Shown: positions 35,139 through 45,456 of the stretch, in pieces | Layout: the number at the start of each line of letters is the position of its first letter | Numbering within the stretch: position 1 is the first letter of the stretch | From: Thermoplasmatota archaeon | Lineage (GTDB): Archaea > Thermoplasmatota > E2 > DHVEG-1 | Length of the DNA: 64,000 bases | NCBI GenBank assembly: GCA_025457885.1 | Contig: JALOTN010000004.1 | Location: forward strand, 10,875-74,874 | Direction: 5' to 3' | Made by a program: the position numbers and the translations under genes | The notes under the pieces: generated by a model | Databases searched by the model: none | What the model was told of the DNA's origin: nothing | The model's input: only the letters and a program-made list of their open reading frames with translations

Positions 35139-35879
35139 TTACGTGAAGAACTTGGTCAGGAGGTTCCCACCGATAAACATCCCGCTGAGCAGCAGCACAG
35201 AGACGGAGAATAACACGAACCAGACGGTTTCCTTCCACATCATCACTTTCTTCCCATCCAATGGGCCAAATGGCAAGAGATTGAACGTCGCAAGCAGGAG
35301 GTTCACCAGACAGACAAACCCAACCAGTGTTCCCCAGAATCCCATGTCTGAGAAAAGAAAATGATACAATATATAGGTGAACACCGCTATCACGATATTC
35401 GCACTCGCACCTGCAGCGGCGATCCTTCCTGTGTCAGCGGGGTTCGCATTCCCTCGGAACATCACTGCGCCTGGGGTAGCGAACACAAGCCCTGTAAAGA
35501 ATGCAACAATGATAGAAAGAAGAAGCCCGCGCGGATACATACGAAACTCAGACCATAACCCGCATTTCTGCGCGACGAACTTATGGGACAATTCATGAAT
35601 GAAAAAAGCAGAGACAATACCTAAAAAAGCAATGGGCATAAAATAGAAAAAAGATCCGATATCCACTGGCGAACCCAAGAGAAAGAACAACAGGTTATTC
35701 TTCGAAAAGGTAAACGTAAAGGCGACAGTCAGTATCGTGATGGCGATACCCAGATGTCCTAGTTCGATTTTACTAAACGAACCGGGTTTTCCCACCTCCA
35801 AGCTCCCCTGAGGGATGTACATATACTCCCGGGGGGACAGATCATGAAAAGAGGTGTAGAATTTCCTTCGCTCAGACAT
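35139..35879 (-). CDS. Site-2 (M50) intramembrane metalloprotease
   Basis: HELSH, AAAG and FNLLPFGPLDG. Confidence 0.92.
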   Translation of the reverse strand: MSERRKFYTSFHDLSPREYMYIPQGSLEVGKPGSFSKIELGHLGIAITILTVAFTFTFSKNNLLFFLLGSPVDIGSFFYFMPIAFLGIVSAFFIHELSHKFVAQKCGLWSEFRMYPRGLLLSIIVAFFTGLVFATPGAVMFRGNANPADTGRIAAAGASANIVIAVFTYILYHFLFSDMGFWGTLVGFVCLVNLLLATFNLLPFGPLDGKKVMMWKETVWFVLFSVSVLLLSGMFIGGNLLTKFFT

Positions 35880-35929
35880 CGGAGTCGTTCCTTATTGAAA
35901 CGAGTTATAAAGAATCCAGATAAAAACAT

Positions 35930-37099
35930 TTAGCCAAGACCCATGCTAAGAATCCAGGGTAATGCAATGATCGTCCCAATAATGCTGCCAAGATTCCCCA
36001 ATGCGACCACCATTAACAGACGGATGACCTTGTTCTTCAAGAACCCCCGGATGCTTTCAATCTTACTGAGCTCCTGAAAATCCTTAATCAAAGGTTTCCG
36101 CAGTTTCGCTTCGACCAACCCAGCAAACCACCCTGGTGCGAAGAACGGCTCCAATGACGTAAATGGTGCAGCAACAAACGCCGTCAGAATCGAAAGCGGA
36201 TGACCCCGTGCGATCGCAACACCAATCCCTGAGAGTATCCCATGGACCAGGAACCATACTAAGAATACATCCTTAATCTTATTCCATGGATCTAAACCCG
36301 TTGAATAAATAATCCAGGCTATCAACCCAAAGAAAATCACTGGGATGGCAACCTCAACGACCTTCACCCAACTGAAACGTTTCTTTGGGACCTGCTCTAA
36401 CTCCTGCAGGTTCGCATCAAACCGCTCCCCCTGCAGATACTTTTTAATCCCATTCAGATGACCAGCGCCGACAACCGCAACAACCTTTCCTTTTTTGCTT
36501 TCCTCATGGATCTTCTGCGCGATATACTGATCCCGCTCAGAGATCAACACCTTTGAGGCACTCGGGGCTATCTTACTGAACTCCTCCATCATCTGAGAAA
36601 TAACATCCTGTTTCATCAATTCCTTCAAATCCAACTCCTCAAGTTCCTCCTCATCATAACCGATCATCGCTTTGAGGAACTCCCAGAATACCCGGAACTT
36701 CTCACGAATCCCCATCAACCGCCACGCCCGTTTCAGGGTCACAGTGATGTCACGATCAACCAGGGCGACCGGAACATGATTCCTTTCTGCCTCCTGCATC
36801 GCAGCACACATCTCAGAACCAGGCTCCACCCCATACTCCTCACCAAGCCTACGTTGGATCGACGCAAGAAACGTCTGGGCAAGCATAAAATACGCATTAT
36901 TGGACTTAATGAGCGCAGTCACCGGGGTATTTTCCCATTTATCCTTCTTAGTAATCGAATCATACCGACGTTGACACAGCTCGACAGCAACAATATCAGG
37001 TTTATACGCCTCAATCGCTTGCCGTACCTCTTGGACGCTCTCCTCAGAAATATGAGCCGTACCGATAAGGATAATGTTATCAGAGATTTTTTCTTCCAA
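35930..37099 (-). CDS. TraB/GumN (PrgY-like) family protein
   Basis: LIGTAHIS, VAVELC, PGSEM, LVDRDI, LISERD and VVGAGH; C-terminal TMs. Confidence 0.9.
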   Translation of the reverse strand: MEEKISDNIILIGTAHISEESVQEVRQAIEAYKPDIVAVELCQRRYDSITKKDKWENTPVTALIKSNNAYFMLAQTFLASIQRRLGEEYGVEPGSEMCAAMQEAERNHVPVALVDRDITVTLKRAWRLMGIREKFRVFWEFLKAMIGYDEEELEELDLKELMKQDVISQMMEEFSKIAPSASKVLISERDQYIAQKIHEESKKGKVVAVVGAGHLNGIKKYLQGERFDANLQELEQVPKKRFSWVKVVEVAIPVIFFGLIAWIIYSTGLDPWNKIKDVFLVWFLVHGILSGIGVAIARGHPLSILTAFVAAPFTSLEPFFAPGWFAGLVEAKLRKPLIKDFQELSKIESIRGFLKNKVIRLLMVVALGNLGSIIGTIIALPWILSMGLG

Positions 37100-37149
37100 A
37101 GAGTCTCTCCTTTAAGCCGGTTATCTACACAACGAAGACAAAAAAATCT

Positions 37150-37782
37150 TTAAATTTCTGCTTCGAAATCCTCAACGGTTGTCGTAAACTCTTCATCAGA
37201 CGAAATCTTCCCTTGTTCCCGAAGGATCGCACGGGCAAGCAACCAGTAAATCAAGGCAAGCGCTCGTCGACCTTTGTTGTTTGTTGGGACGACATAATCA
37301 ATGTATTTCGTCTCATTGTTCGTATCACATAAGGCAATGACGGGAATCCCAATATTCTTTGCCTCATGCAACGCCTGAATATCCGCAAGTGGGTCAGTCA
37401 ATACAATAATCTCTGGCTCAAGAAACGTCTTTGCATTCGGGTTGGTCAACGTCCCAGGCTGGAACCGACCATCAAGCACCTGAATACCAGTTATCTCCCC
37501 AAGCTTCCGCACTGGTTTCTGACCATACTGACGAACCGAGACCACCAGGATTTTTGAGGGGTCGTATTTCGCAAGGAACTTCGCGGCTGCCTTTATCCGC
37601 TCATCGGTTTTCTTCACATCAATGATGTATAAACCGTCATTCCGCACCTTGTAGATGAACTCCTTGATATCAGCGGTTTTTTGTCGTGTGCCGATATGAA
37701 CACCGGACGTCATGTAGACTTCCTCAGTCACCATCATGGTTGGTTCTGTTTCTGCTGCTGTTTTTTCTTCCGCCATAGTCAT
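37150..37782 (-). CDS. rps2: 30S ribosomal protein uS2
   Basis: [23 protein letters not shown] and PTNNKGR. Confidence 0.97.
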   Translation of the reverse strand: MTMAEEKTAAETEPTMMVTEEVYMTSGVHIGTRQKTADIKEFIYKVRNDGLYIIDVKKTDERIKAAAKFLAKYDPSKILVVSVRQYGQKPVRKLGEITGIQVLDGRFQPGTLTNPNAKTFLEPEIIVLTDPLADIQALHEAKNIGIPVIALCDTNNETKYIDYVVPTNNKGRRALALIYWLLARAILREQGKISSDEEFTTTVEDFEAEI

Positions 37783-37793
37783 GCCTCAAATCC

Positions 37794-37979
37794 TTACGCT
37801 TTCATATCCTTTTGTTTCACGGTGATTGGAATAGCGTTTTCGTCATACTCAAGCATCGCGATCTCAACAGGGTCAATCATGTCCTTAGGTATCTCTGCGA
37901 GAAGCGTAGGTGCCCCCATAGAGAGTTGTAAGGCGCGAGCGCCAATGATACGAGCTTTTTCAAAGCGAGTATACGACAC
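37794..37979 (-). CDS. rpoK: RNA polymerase subunit Rpo6/K
   Basis: YTRFEKARIIGARALQLSMGAP; GGAGG precedes GTG 37979. Confidence 0.95.
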   Translation of the reverse strand: MSYTRFEKARIIGARALQLSMGAPTLLAEIPKDMIDPVEIAMLEYDENAIPITVKQKDMKA

Positions 37980-38043
37980 AGTCTTCCTCCGAAGCCATCG
38001 GGATAGGTAGAAGCCCAAATAACAGAAACCTTTAAAAATATTG

Positions 38044-38070
38044 CCCTTGAAAACAACGGTTTTTCAAGGG
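38044..38070. promoter_or_regulatory. Perfect 10-bp inverted repeat CCCTTGAAAA-N7-TTTTCAAGGG, terminator or operator
   Basis: Read directly; lies between the upstream hypothetical gene and the rpoK TATA-like element. Confidence 0.5.
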
Positions 38071-38102
38071 GAATGAGGTTTTTGTGTATAATAACGGGTT
38101 TT

Positions 38103-38327
38103 TTATTTTAATTCGTCGGTGAACTCCGCAATATCGGTTGCGGTCATCCTGCTGGAGAACTCATCGTCTAAGGCAAGCTGCATGTCGACGATGATATCGC
38201 GGAGTAACCGGTCGATGCGGTTATTTTCAAATTCTTTTACCCCGTCGATGTCTGAATAAATCTTCCCCATATAGTTTCCATCATTGCGATGAATTTCAAT
38301 ATTGTAGAGAACTTCCTCCATCTTCAA
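38103..38327 (-). CDS. Small acidic hypothetical protein
   Basis: 74-aa ORF with GAGGG upstream and its own AT-rich promoter region. Confidence 0.6.
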   Translation of the reverse strand: MKMEEVLYNIEIHRNDGNYMGKIYSDIDGVKEFENNRIDRLLRDIIVDMQLALDDEFSSRMTATDIAEFTDELK

Positions 38328-38398
38328 ACACCCTCTTTCTCTTTATTCACCCAATAAAATAGAATCCCTATAATAATCTTTTGGAATATTTCGGTTGC

Positions 38399-38863
38399 TT
38401 AGAGCATCCGTTCAATGAGTGGGTTGATGGCGTCCTTTCGGTACCCCAGCGAGCCTTTATTCACAAACGATCGTTTCACGGTCCGATGACCTTTCCGTGG
38501 TGGGTTGAGTCGGAATACTGGTTTGATCTCAGGGATGTCCTTGTATTTTACTTTGTTCTCTAAAATCGCCTCACAGAGTTTTTCAAAACTATGATACGGG
38601 GCTGCCTTCTTGAGGTACTCCTCGGTGAGTGGTTTATCACCGATTAATCTGCCTCGTACCATTAAAAGTTTCGTCAATGTCTCTTTGTTAATCTCACCCC
38701 AGGTGGTGTAGTCTTTTATAATCTGGAGCATTCCTTTATGAACCGTGTTTTCCTCAAGAAGCACGCAGTGGTTCGCGCGGGTTAACCGCAGCAACTGCAT
38801 GGTTCTCTTAATATCAGGTTTTATGTTGACTGAGCCTCTTACTCGGATAACTGCATAGACCAT
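38399..38863 (-). CDS. rpl30: 50S ribosomal protein uL30
   Basis: YAVIRVRG, TWGEI, FRLNPPRKG and GSLGYR. Confidence 0.96.
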   Translation of the reverse strand: MVYAVIRVRGSVNIKPDIKRTMQLLRLTRANHCVLLEENTVHKGMLQIIKDYTTWGEINKETLTKLLMVRGRLIGDKPLTEEYLKKAAPYHSFEKLCEAILENKVKYKDIPEIKPVFRLNPPRKGHRTVKRSFVNKGSLGYRKDAINPLIERML

Positions 38864-38868
38864 GTTGT

Positions 38869-39621
38869 TTATCCCTCCGTTTTAACTGGGGCCGCTGGTT
38901 CTTCTTTTACAGGTACTCCAATGTTTCCTTGGACGATACCTAGTTTATTCATCTCACTTTCGGTGATCCTCATCTCTGCGTTCTTCTTTAACGCATCATA
39001 GACACCTTTTGCGTAGTTTACGACCGTCTTGGTTTTCCCCTCGGTGAACGCCCAGCAGTCACTTACGCCAGCAAGGCGGAGGATCTTCTTTGCGACATCA
39101 CCAGTGGCTAGTCCGATACCGCGAGGTGCGGGTTTGAAGGTGACTTCGACAGAACCGCTTTTCCCTGTCACCAGGAACGGGATCGTATGGGGTGTGCGAC
39201 ATCCGCATTCCCAGGAACCGCATCCTCGCCGGATCTGGATCATGTTCATCTTGGCATTCTCAATCGCTCGTTTAATGCTTAAGCCGACCTCTTTGCCTTT
39301 TGCTTGGCCAAGGCCGACAAAACCGTCTTTGTTACCGACAGCAACCGTGATGACGAACTTGACTCGCCTGCCGGAGTCAGTCATCCGCTGCACCATCTTT
39401 ACATCAATAACCTCATCCTCAACAGTTGGTAAGAGCAGATCAACAATCTCAGGTTCTCTCATGGGTAACCCGGATTTTAACGCATCACTCATGGTGGTGA
39501 TCTCACCGTTTTTCACCATTTTTCCCAGTCTGGTCTTTGGTGTCCAAATGACCGGGGCGGCGCCTTCGTCAAACTGTCTGCGTCGTCCTCGGGGTCCGCC
39601 ACGATCTCCTCGTCCTGCCAT
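38869..39621 (-). CDS. rps5: 30S ribosomal protein uS5
   Basis: [17 protein letters not shown] and RRGCGSWEC. Confidence 0.97.
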   Translation of the reverse strand: MAGRGDRGGPRGRRRQFDEGAAPVIWTPKTRLGKMVKNGEITTMSDALKSGLPMREPEIVDLLLPTVEDEVIDVKMVQRMTDSGRRVKFVITVAVGNKDGFVGLGQAKGKEVGLSIKRAIENAKMNMIQIRRGCGSWECGCRTPHTIPFLVTGKSGSVEVTFKPAPRGIGLATGDVAKKILRLAGVSDCWAFTEGKTKTVVNYAKGVYDALKKNAEMRITESEMNKLGIVQGNIGVPVKEEPAAPVKTEG

Positions 39622-39623
39622 AG

Positions 39624-40130
39624 TTATTTGCCTCCATTCATCCTTGTTCTGATATCACCAACGAGCGGTTTAATCTCCTTGTTCAGATGTGCTCCGTAAA
39701 TACGGTCCTCTTTAGGCAGCATTGCTTCATCATGGGGACAGTCGATCCCTGCGTCCAAGACGCCTTTCAATGATGCAAACAGGGTGCTACCGACCGTCGG
39801 GTGATACAGTCCGATGTCAAGCACTCCTTGTTCGATTCCTTTTTCCTTTGCTCGTTTGCCTGCAAGAAAACCAGTCAGATACGCTGCTGGTGTGTTTGAA
39901 ACAGAATATTTCCATCCATAGTCTTTCGCAAGCTCATTAGAGATAGCAGACACAATGATCCGGTCGCCCTGGGGGTTGTACTCCACGAACTGCACGCGAA
40001 TCGCCCGAAGCGATCGTCTGACGACGATTCGGGGTTTCTTGCTGCGCAGCAGTTTCAGTCGAAGCCGGTAATCGGTTTTCCGTTCCCGGTGTCTCCGTGG
40101 TTTGACATGGTATCGTGGTCCTGATTTCAT
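39624..40130 (-). CDS. rpl18: 50S ribosomal protein uL18
   Basis: [21 protein letters not shown] and LDIGL. Confidence 0.96.
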   Translation of the reverse strand: MKSGPRYHVKPRRHRERKTDYRLRLKLLRSKKPRIVVRRSLRAIRVQFVEYNPQGDRIIVSAISNELAKDYGWKYSVSNTPAAYLTGFLAGKRAKEKGIEQGVLDIGLYHPTVGSTLFASLKGVLDAGIDCPHDEAMLPKEDRIYGAHLNKEIKPLVGDIRTRMNGGK

Positions 40131-40588
40131 TGGTTCTCCTCCTTAAGGATGTTATCGCTGAGTAAATGTGATTTCAGATGTTGTTTACTGCGGAAGACGC
40201 CTCCCTTTGCCTTCTTGTAATACTGGCGGTAGGTGTGTGCGTCAATCTTCTCGTTCTCTCGCAGTTCCTTCAAATACGTCCGGATGGGGCGAATGGTTCG
40301 GATCCATTGTTCCTTCTTTGGGAGCCGGGCATGCTTTGGTCCTTTCCGAGACCCCTGGCCGGTTCGTCGTCCTTTTTTGCGCTGATTCAGGACATACTTA
40401 TGTCGTCCCCGGGAGTTGCCTTGTTTCGGCTCACTTTTAATGGCACCACCATTGATGAGGATCATGATGTCATTCCGGGTGACTGCCTTAGCAATCTCCT
40501 CGAGTCTATCCGGGTCCATCCATACTTTTGTTCCACCGCATTTCAACATGGACGCAGCCATCCTGCGTTGATTCCGTAAGTCGGTCAT
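40127..40588 (-). CDS. rpl19e: 50S ribosomal protein eL19
   Basis: QRRMAA..LKCG..VWMDP, GSRKG and YKKAKGG. Confidence 0.96.
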   Translation of the reverse strand: MTDLRNQRRMAASMLKCGGTKVWMDPDRLEEIAKAVTRNDIMILINGGAIKSEPKQGNSRGRHKYVLNQRKKGRRTGQGSRKGPKHARLPKKEQWIRTIRPIRTYLKELRENEKIDAHTYRQYYKKAKGGVFRSKQHLKSHLLSDNILKEENQ

Positions 40589-41293
40589 TTAAGATTCCCC
40601 CATGTTCAAGACTCTGATAGCAAGCTCATCGGCTCGTTTCGCGATATCCAAGCGTTTCTTCGTCCCAACCGTACCACCGATGCGTACCGCTTGTTTCTTC
40701 GGGTCAATGGTGTCTAGCTCCTTGACGGTATGAACCATGACTTCCTCGAAACCAGATGCATGGAGCCCGCGGACGATTTTTGGTGCACGGAACCCTACCC
40801 GCACCTTGCTTGGTCGATACTTCAAATTGATCCGTAATTTTGAGGTATATCCAGTCGGGCGTCGCCAGTTCTTCGGGATCCTTTTATACCGGAACCCCTC
40901 GTCCCGTAGGAAATGCGGGGTGCGTTTCTTGATTTGCCGGCGGATCACCAGCTGCTCCTTCTGCTGCTCGTTTAACTGTGGTTTTATCTTCGGATGATAT
41001 GCCCCTTTCTGCTGCTCGACGATCTCCACTGCTTCTTCTTTCTTCTCTGGTTGTTCTGCTTGTTCTTTCTTCTCATCGGTTTTCTTCACTGGTTTTTCTT
41101 TTTTGACTTTGAGTTGATCAATGATTTCCTTCGCATTTTTCTCTGAGACTCCTTTCAGCTTCGTCAGATCCTTTATCTTTGCTTTTTTCAGTTTCTCAAG
41201 GGAATCATACCCGTTGTCATAGAGGAGTTTTGCTTTTGCTTTACCCACACCTTTTAACGCTTCAAACTCCTTTAACACTGCTTCTTTTGTCAT
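40589..41293 (-). CDS. rpl32e: 50S ribosomal protein eL32 with an N-terminal HhH domain
   Basis: C-terminal WRRPTG..SKLR and RGLHASG; N-terminal LKGVGKAKA..GYDSLEKL..LKGVS. Confidence 0.95.
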   Translation of the reverse strand: MTKEAVLKEFEALKGVGKAKAKLLYDNGYDSLEKLKKAKIKDLTKLKGVSEKNAKEIIDQLKVKKEKPVKKTDEKKEQAEQPEKKEEAVEIVEQQKGAYHPKIKPQLNEQQKEQLVIRRQIKKRTPHFLRDEGFRYKRIPKNWRRPTGYTSKLRINLKYRPSKVRVGFRAPKIVRGLHASGFEEVMVHTVKELDTIDPKKQAVRIGGTVGTKKRLDIAKRADELAIRVLNMGES

Positions 41294-41296
41294 GGT

Positions 41297-41836
41297 TTAG
41301 CCTCTTTTCACAATGTAGATACCGTCTTGGAACACCCGGATATCACGATTTTTCACTTTCGTTGCTCGTTCGATATTCGCAGCGGTCTGTCCAACTTTTT
41401 CCTTATCAATTGCGGTAAGGATGATGCTTTCCCCTTTGATGTCCACTTTGACGTTCTCCAGGATCTCTGCGCGGCGTGCGAACCGCTCCCCTAGGAAGTT
41501 CTGGATGAGCAGCTGGTTGCCTTCCACGCTGGTCTTAATCGGGAAATGAGAAAACACGGTTTTCATCTTACATTCATAGCCTTGACTGACTCCTTTGATC
41601 ATGTTTCGGATATGGGCTTTGAAGGTACCGATCAACGCTTTTTCTCTCCGGCGAGGAGATTGAGCACAGATGATCTGAACGACATTCCCTGAAACAGACA
41701 CCTGGATCTTCGGATGGGACAGGACCTTTGCTAGAGCACCTTTCTGTCCTTTCACATGAATGGTTTTCCCTTCAACGGTGATCTGGACACCATCTGGGAT
41801 TTTTATTTCTTCTTTAATCGTGGCTTTCTTTTCCAT
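41297..41836 (-). CDS. rpl6: 50S ribosomal protein uL6
   Basis: SHFPI, NFLGE, GQTAANIE and RDIRVFQDGIY. Confidence 0.97.
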   Translation of the reverse strand: MEKKATIKEEIKIPDGVQITVEGKTIHVKGQKGALAKVLSHPKIQVSVSGNVVQIICAQSPRRREKALIGTFKAHIRNMIKGVSQGYECKMKTVFSHFPIKTSVEGNQLLIQNFLGERFARRAEILENVKVDIKGESIILTAIDKEKVGQTAANIERATKVKNRDIRVFQDGIYIVKRG

Positions 41837-41848
41837 GTGTCTCACTCT

Positions 41849-42238
41849 TTAGTAAACATACGCGAGGAGTTTTCCTCCGATGCCTTTCTTTCGTGCCTCG
41901 TCATGACCGATGATGCCCTCGGTGGTGGTAAGGATGAGTAACCCGAAGTCACGCGCGGGGAGATACCGAGCCTCCCATTTATCCATCTCATCGACCTTGA
42001 TGGGGTAGCGTGGTTTGATAACACCGCAGTTATTGATACTTCCGAGGAGTTCTATTTGATAGATACCTGCTTTTCCATCCTCCACAAACTCGAAGTTCCC
42101 AAGATACCCTTTCTCCTTAAGCAGGGTCAAGACCCCGCCGATGAGCTTTGAGGAGGGTCGGATACTGCATTTATGTATCCCTCGGATTTCTGCGTTTCTG
42201 ATGATTGATAATGCATCTGCCAATGGATCGTTTAACAT
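41849..42238 (-). CDS. rps8: 30S ribosomal protein uS8
   Basis: MLNDPLADAL, INNCGVIKPR and GGKLLAYVY. Confidence 0.97.
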   Translation of the reverse strand: MLNDPLADALSIIRNAEIRGIHKCSIRPSSKLIGGVLTLLKEKGYLGNFEFVEDGKAGIYQIELLGSINNCGVIKPRYPIKVDEMDKWEARYLPARDFGLLILTTTEGIIGHDEARKKGIGGKLLAYVY

Positions 42239-42253
42239 AATCTTCAACAACCT

Positions 42254-42409
42254 CTAATCGTATTTTTTAAACCCCATTTCTTCTGCGCGGTCACGGAAAC
42301 ACTGTCTGCAGAGATGAAGTCCATAGCGTCGGATAATTCCACGTTTTCTACCACATTGCTCACATCCGATTTTCCTGCCGTATATTTTCTTTCTCTCCTT
42401 GATCCTCAT
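42254..42409 (-). CDS. rps14: 30S ribosomal protein uS14, zinc-binding; too short for the ORF track
   Basis: Hand translation: [51 protein letters not shown]; canonical position between rpl5 and rps8. Confidence 0.96.
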   Translation of the reverse strand: MRIKERKKIYGRKIGCEQCGRKRGIIRRYGLHLCRQCFRDRAEEMGFKKYD

Positions 42410-42996
42410 TCTACGACCTCGACGTTAAATTTTTCTGCGATAAACTTCATGGTTTCTTCTCTGCTTAACTCATGGCGATGTGGTATTTTCCGTCGGTCGA
42501 TCCGACGATTTTTTATCCGATACCCGGGATTTTCGACCGTTACACAGATATCCATGCCGAAGATACCGACGTTCGGGTCGTATTTCTGACCCTCGAAAAG
42601 GGTATGGTCTGGTACCCCGAATGAAAAATTCCCTTGATTGTCAAATGAGTACTCTGAGATTTTATTTTCCCGGATCTTTAAGGCACTCATCAGGAATGTC
42701 TCTGCTGCTTTCTTTCGCAGGGTGACTTTACAACCGATAGGCATAAATTTACGTAAACCCCAGTCTTTATTGGTTGTTTTTGAGAGTGTTTGTATAGGTT
42801 TTTGTTTGGTGACTCCTTCTAAGACCGATTCTGCTTTCTTGAGCTTTTCTCCTGCTTCCCCGACTCCGATGTTCACCGTGACTTTTGCGACATGTGGTTT
42901 CAAAGGGCTCTCCTTTGTTTTTTTCTTAGTGGTAGATTTTTTTGAATGCGCCGTTGTTTTATGGGTTTTCGTGGTGGTTGTCTTTTTTGGGCTCAT
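42406..42996 (-). CDS. rpl5: 50S ribosomal protein uL5 with a K/T-rich N-terminal extension
   Basis: [20 protein letters not shown] and [11 protein letters not shown]. Confidence 0.97.
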   Translation of the reverse strand: MSPKKTTTTKTHKTTAHSKKSTTKKKTKESPLKPHVAKVTVNIGVGEAGEKLKKAESVLEGVTKQKPIQTLSKTTNKDWGLRKFMPIGCKVTLRKKAAETFLMSALKIRENKISEYSFDNQGNFSFGVPDHTLFEGQKYDPNVGIFGMDICVTVENPGYRIKNRRIDRRKIPHRHELSREETMKFIAEKFNVEVVE

Positions 42997-43709
42997 TGCA
43001 TTTTCACCTCAGGAAGTGTGATTGCTGGTTTGGTCTTCCCTATGGGAAACACATGCTGTGCAATCGTTGAAAATTCTTTTTCTCCTTTCAGATTCACGAG
43101 ATTTGGTTTTGAGGATGCAACCATATGAATCTCTTCGATACTAGCGATTTCCCCGATATGGCTCCCGCCGATGATCATGGAGACGGTTCCTTTATCAAAT
43201 TTATAGACCTCGTCGATCTTCTTTTCCTTAAATCCGATTTTCAGGACATCCCCTGTCTTATATTCGTCTTTTTCCACCAGCTTGTTCTTTCCGTCATGCA
43301 GGTTCAACTGTACTTTTTTTCCTTTTATTATCGTCTTATTCTGTATGCGGCAGAGTTTCCATTCTGCATCGCTTTCCGAGATGGGGGTGAGGGTAAGCTT
43401 TCCGTTTCTGTCATAAAGTATTCGAAGGTTCTTTCGCATCTTTGGTATCGAAACAACATCCATGAAGCCGCAAGGGAATTTGAAGTTCTTCCGTTTCATT
43501 CCGTCGACGAGGATGTCTCCATTCGAAACGATTTTTCGCGCTTCTTTATAGGTGTCGCACAACCCAAGATAATCACGGACAAGGAGTCCTAAGGGGATTG
43601 ATTGTGCTAAAGGATGGGGCCCTGGTGCTGCACGGATTGTTAACGCGCGTTCTTTTCGATGGATGCGCAGTACTCGAGGTGCTGCAAGTCTTTTCAGGTG
43701 TTTGCTCAT
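42993..43709 (-). CDS. rps4e: 30S ribosomal protein eS4
   Basis: HLKRLAAP, PGPH, GFMDV, QLNLHDG and GGSHIG. Confidence 0.97.
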   Translation of the reverse strand: MSKHLKRLAAPRVLRIHRKERALTIRAAPGPHPLAQSIPLGLLVRDYLGLCDTYKEARKIVSNGDILVDGMKRKNFKFPCGFMDVVSIPKMRKNLRILYDRNGKLTLTPISESDAEWKLCRIQNKTIIKGKKVQLNLHDGKNKLVEKDEYKTGDVLKIGFKEKKIDEVYKFDKGTVSMIIGGSHIGEIASIEEIHMVASSKPNLVNLKGEKEFSTIAQHVFPIGKTKPAITLPEVKMQ

Positions 43710-44386
43710 GGTTCACCTTCTTCTTTCTTTTTTGTTGTTTTTTTAGAGGGAGATTTTTTTGTTGCTGGTTTCTTTTTCGGCGGCTCAGCATCGGCTTTTT
43801 CTGTTTTCTCTTCTGGTTTTTCTTCTTCGGCTTCTACCTTAATGGTCTCTGCAGTTTTTTCTGTTATTATTTCTTCTTTCGGCGGCTCAGGGGTTTCTTC
43901 TTTTTGTTTTTCCTCAGCTGCTTTTACTGCTTCTTCTGCCTTCGCTGCTTCTTCTGCAGCCTTCTTTTCAGCCTCAAGGTTCTTGAGTTGCTCTTCTGCT
44001 TCTTTTTCAATTTCTTTCTTTGCAGTCTCTGAAAGTCCTTTTTCTAGCTTGCGTCGTCGCCATTTATCTGTGACGTTTAATTTTGTGATAAGTAAGGTAC
44101 TGGCATGGATTGGTTTTGCTATCTTTGTTCCTTTCGCAGTGGTGATGGTGACACCTTCTATTTCTATCGTTTGATCTCGTACGTTGACTTTCGAGATTTT
44201 ATCCTCATGCCCCCGATAGTTTCCACGCATGATTTTTACGGTATCTCCTTTCACAACAGGGATGCTTCGTCTATCGTATTTTAATAGGAGGTTTTCTGCA
44301 AGATGTGACGAAATCCATTTCCTCTTTTTATGTAAAGGTGCATTATGGAGATTGTAGCGTTGCTTTCTTGGTTTTGTTGATGTCAT
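43706..44386 (-). CDS. rpl24: 50S ribosomal protein uL24 with a long E/K/A-rich C-terminal tail
   Basis: KPRKQR..NAPLH and KGDTVKIMRG; about 100-aa low-complexity tail. Confidence 0.95.
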   Translation of the reverse strand: MTSTKPRKQRYNLHNAPLHKKRKWISSHLAENLLLKYDRRSIPVVKGDTVKIMRGNYRGHEDKISKVNVRDQTIEIEGVTITTAKGTKIAKPIHASTLLITKLNVTDKWRRRKLEKGLSETAKKEIEKEAEEQLKNLEAEKKAAEEAAKAEEAVKAAEEKQKEETPEPPKEEIITEKTAETIKVEAEEEKPEEKTEKADAEPPKKKPATKKSPSKKTTKKKEEGEP

Positions 44387-44396
44387 ATCACTCACT

Positions 44397-44795
44397 TTAC
44401 AGGATTGTTGCTGCTAATGCAGCGATCTTTGGCCATCGTTCTGCCGCTTCAATGGCGACCGGGCCTTTGATCATTGTTCCTTTCGTTTCTCCGGTATCTG
44501 TTATTAACACGGCAGCGTTATCTTCGAATTGGACCATGAGGCCATCTGGGCGTCGGAATGGACGTCTCTGACGGACAATTACCGCTTTTAAGATCTGCCG
44601 TCTCATCTCTGTTGCCCCTTTTTTTACGCTGACAATTACTAAATCACCGACGCCAGCGGTAGGGGTTCGACGATGTACTCCTTTAATCTTAACGGTCATA
44701 ATAATTTGTACGACTTTTGCACCGGTGTTATCGATACATGTTAGACGGGCGCCAACCGGCAGCCCTCGCATTACTCTACCCGCTATTCCTTTCAT
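44397..44795 (-). CDS. rpl14: 50S ribosomal protein uL14
   Basis: DNTGAK, FEDNAAV and KGPVA. Confidence 0.97.
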   Translation of the reverse strand: MKGIAGRVMRGLPVGARLTCIDNTGAKVVQIIMTVKIKGVHRRTPTAGVGDLVIVSVKKGATEMRRQILKAVIVRQRRPFRRPDGLMVQFEDNAAVLITDTGETKGTMIKGPVAIEAAERWPKIAALAATIL

Positions 44796-44810
44796 GTCTT
44801 TTCACCAATC

Positions 44811-45155
44811 TCACATTTTTTCTATTGCGACGAATGAAACTGTTTTGCTTAAGGGTCGACATTCTGCAATTCGAACGGTGTCACCTGCTGTAAGATGCAT
44901 ACAAGGCGGACAGTGAGCATGATACGTTGAGGTCCGTTTCTCGTACCGCTCATATTTCTTGACATAATGCATGAATTCTCGTTTGACGGAGACGGTGTTT
45001 TGCCTTTTGGTTGATACCACCGTTCCCATGAGAACTTGTCCTCGTACAGGTAATGTCCCATGAAATGGGCAGTACGTATCGGTACAGCTATCGCTCGGTG
45101 GTTTGACATTTAACCCTATGTCTCGTGCTTGTTTTTTTTCTGCCAATGTGTTCAC
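44811..45155 (-). CDS. rps17: 30S ribosomal protein uS17
   Basis: [13 protein letters not shown] and ECRPLSKT. Confidence 0.97.
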   Translation of the reverse strand: MNTLAEKKQARDIGLNVKPPSDSCTDTYCPFHGTLPVRGQVLMGTVVSTKRQNTVSVKREFMHYVKKYERYEKRTSTYHAHCPPCMHLTAGDTVRIAECRPLSKTVSFVAIEKM

Positions 45156-45430
45156 CTTGTTTTTTTTATCCTATCTTCTGGTCGATACACCAATCGTGAT
45201 CCGTTCACGATGGTTTTTTTTCCATGGTACTCAAACGCAAATGTCGCGGTTTTCTTCGCGATCCGTTTGTGTTTGTTACCGATTTGTATGAGGAAGGTCT
45301 GTTGTGTCTCATCGATGATGAGACCGGTTTGATGGACCCATGCTGGGTCGGTGCATTCGATGATGCTGACGGTTCTGCCGATGAGTTCATCGCTGATGAT
45401 CGGCTCTTGTTCCATAGCTGGACCTTCCAT
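45152..45430 (-). CDS. rnp1: RNase P protein component 1 (Rpp29/Pop4)
   Basis: ELIG, G.IIDET and RPEDRIK; canonical operon position. Confidence 0.9.
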   Translation of the reverse strand: MEGPAMEQEPIISDELIGRTVSIIECTDPAWVHQTGLIIDETQQTFLIQIGNKHKRIAKKTATFAFEYHGKKTIVNGSRLVYRPEDRIKKTR

Positions 45431-45456
45431 GGCGCTCTTGGCGTCTGATCAGCTGG

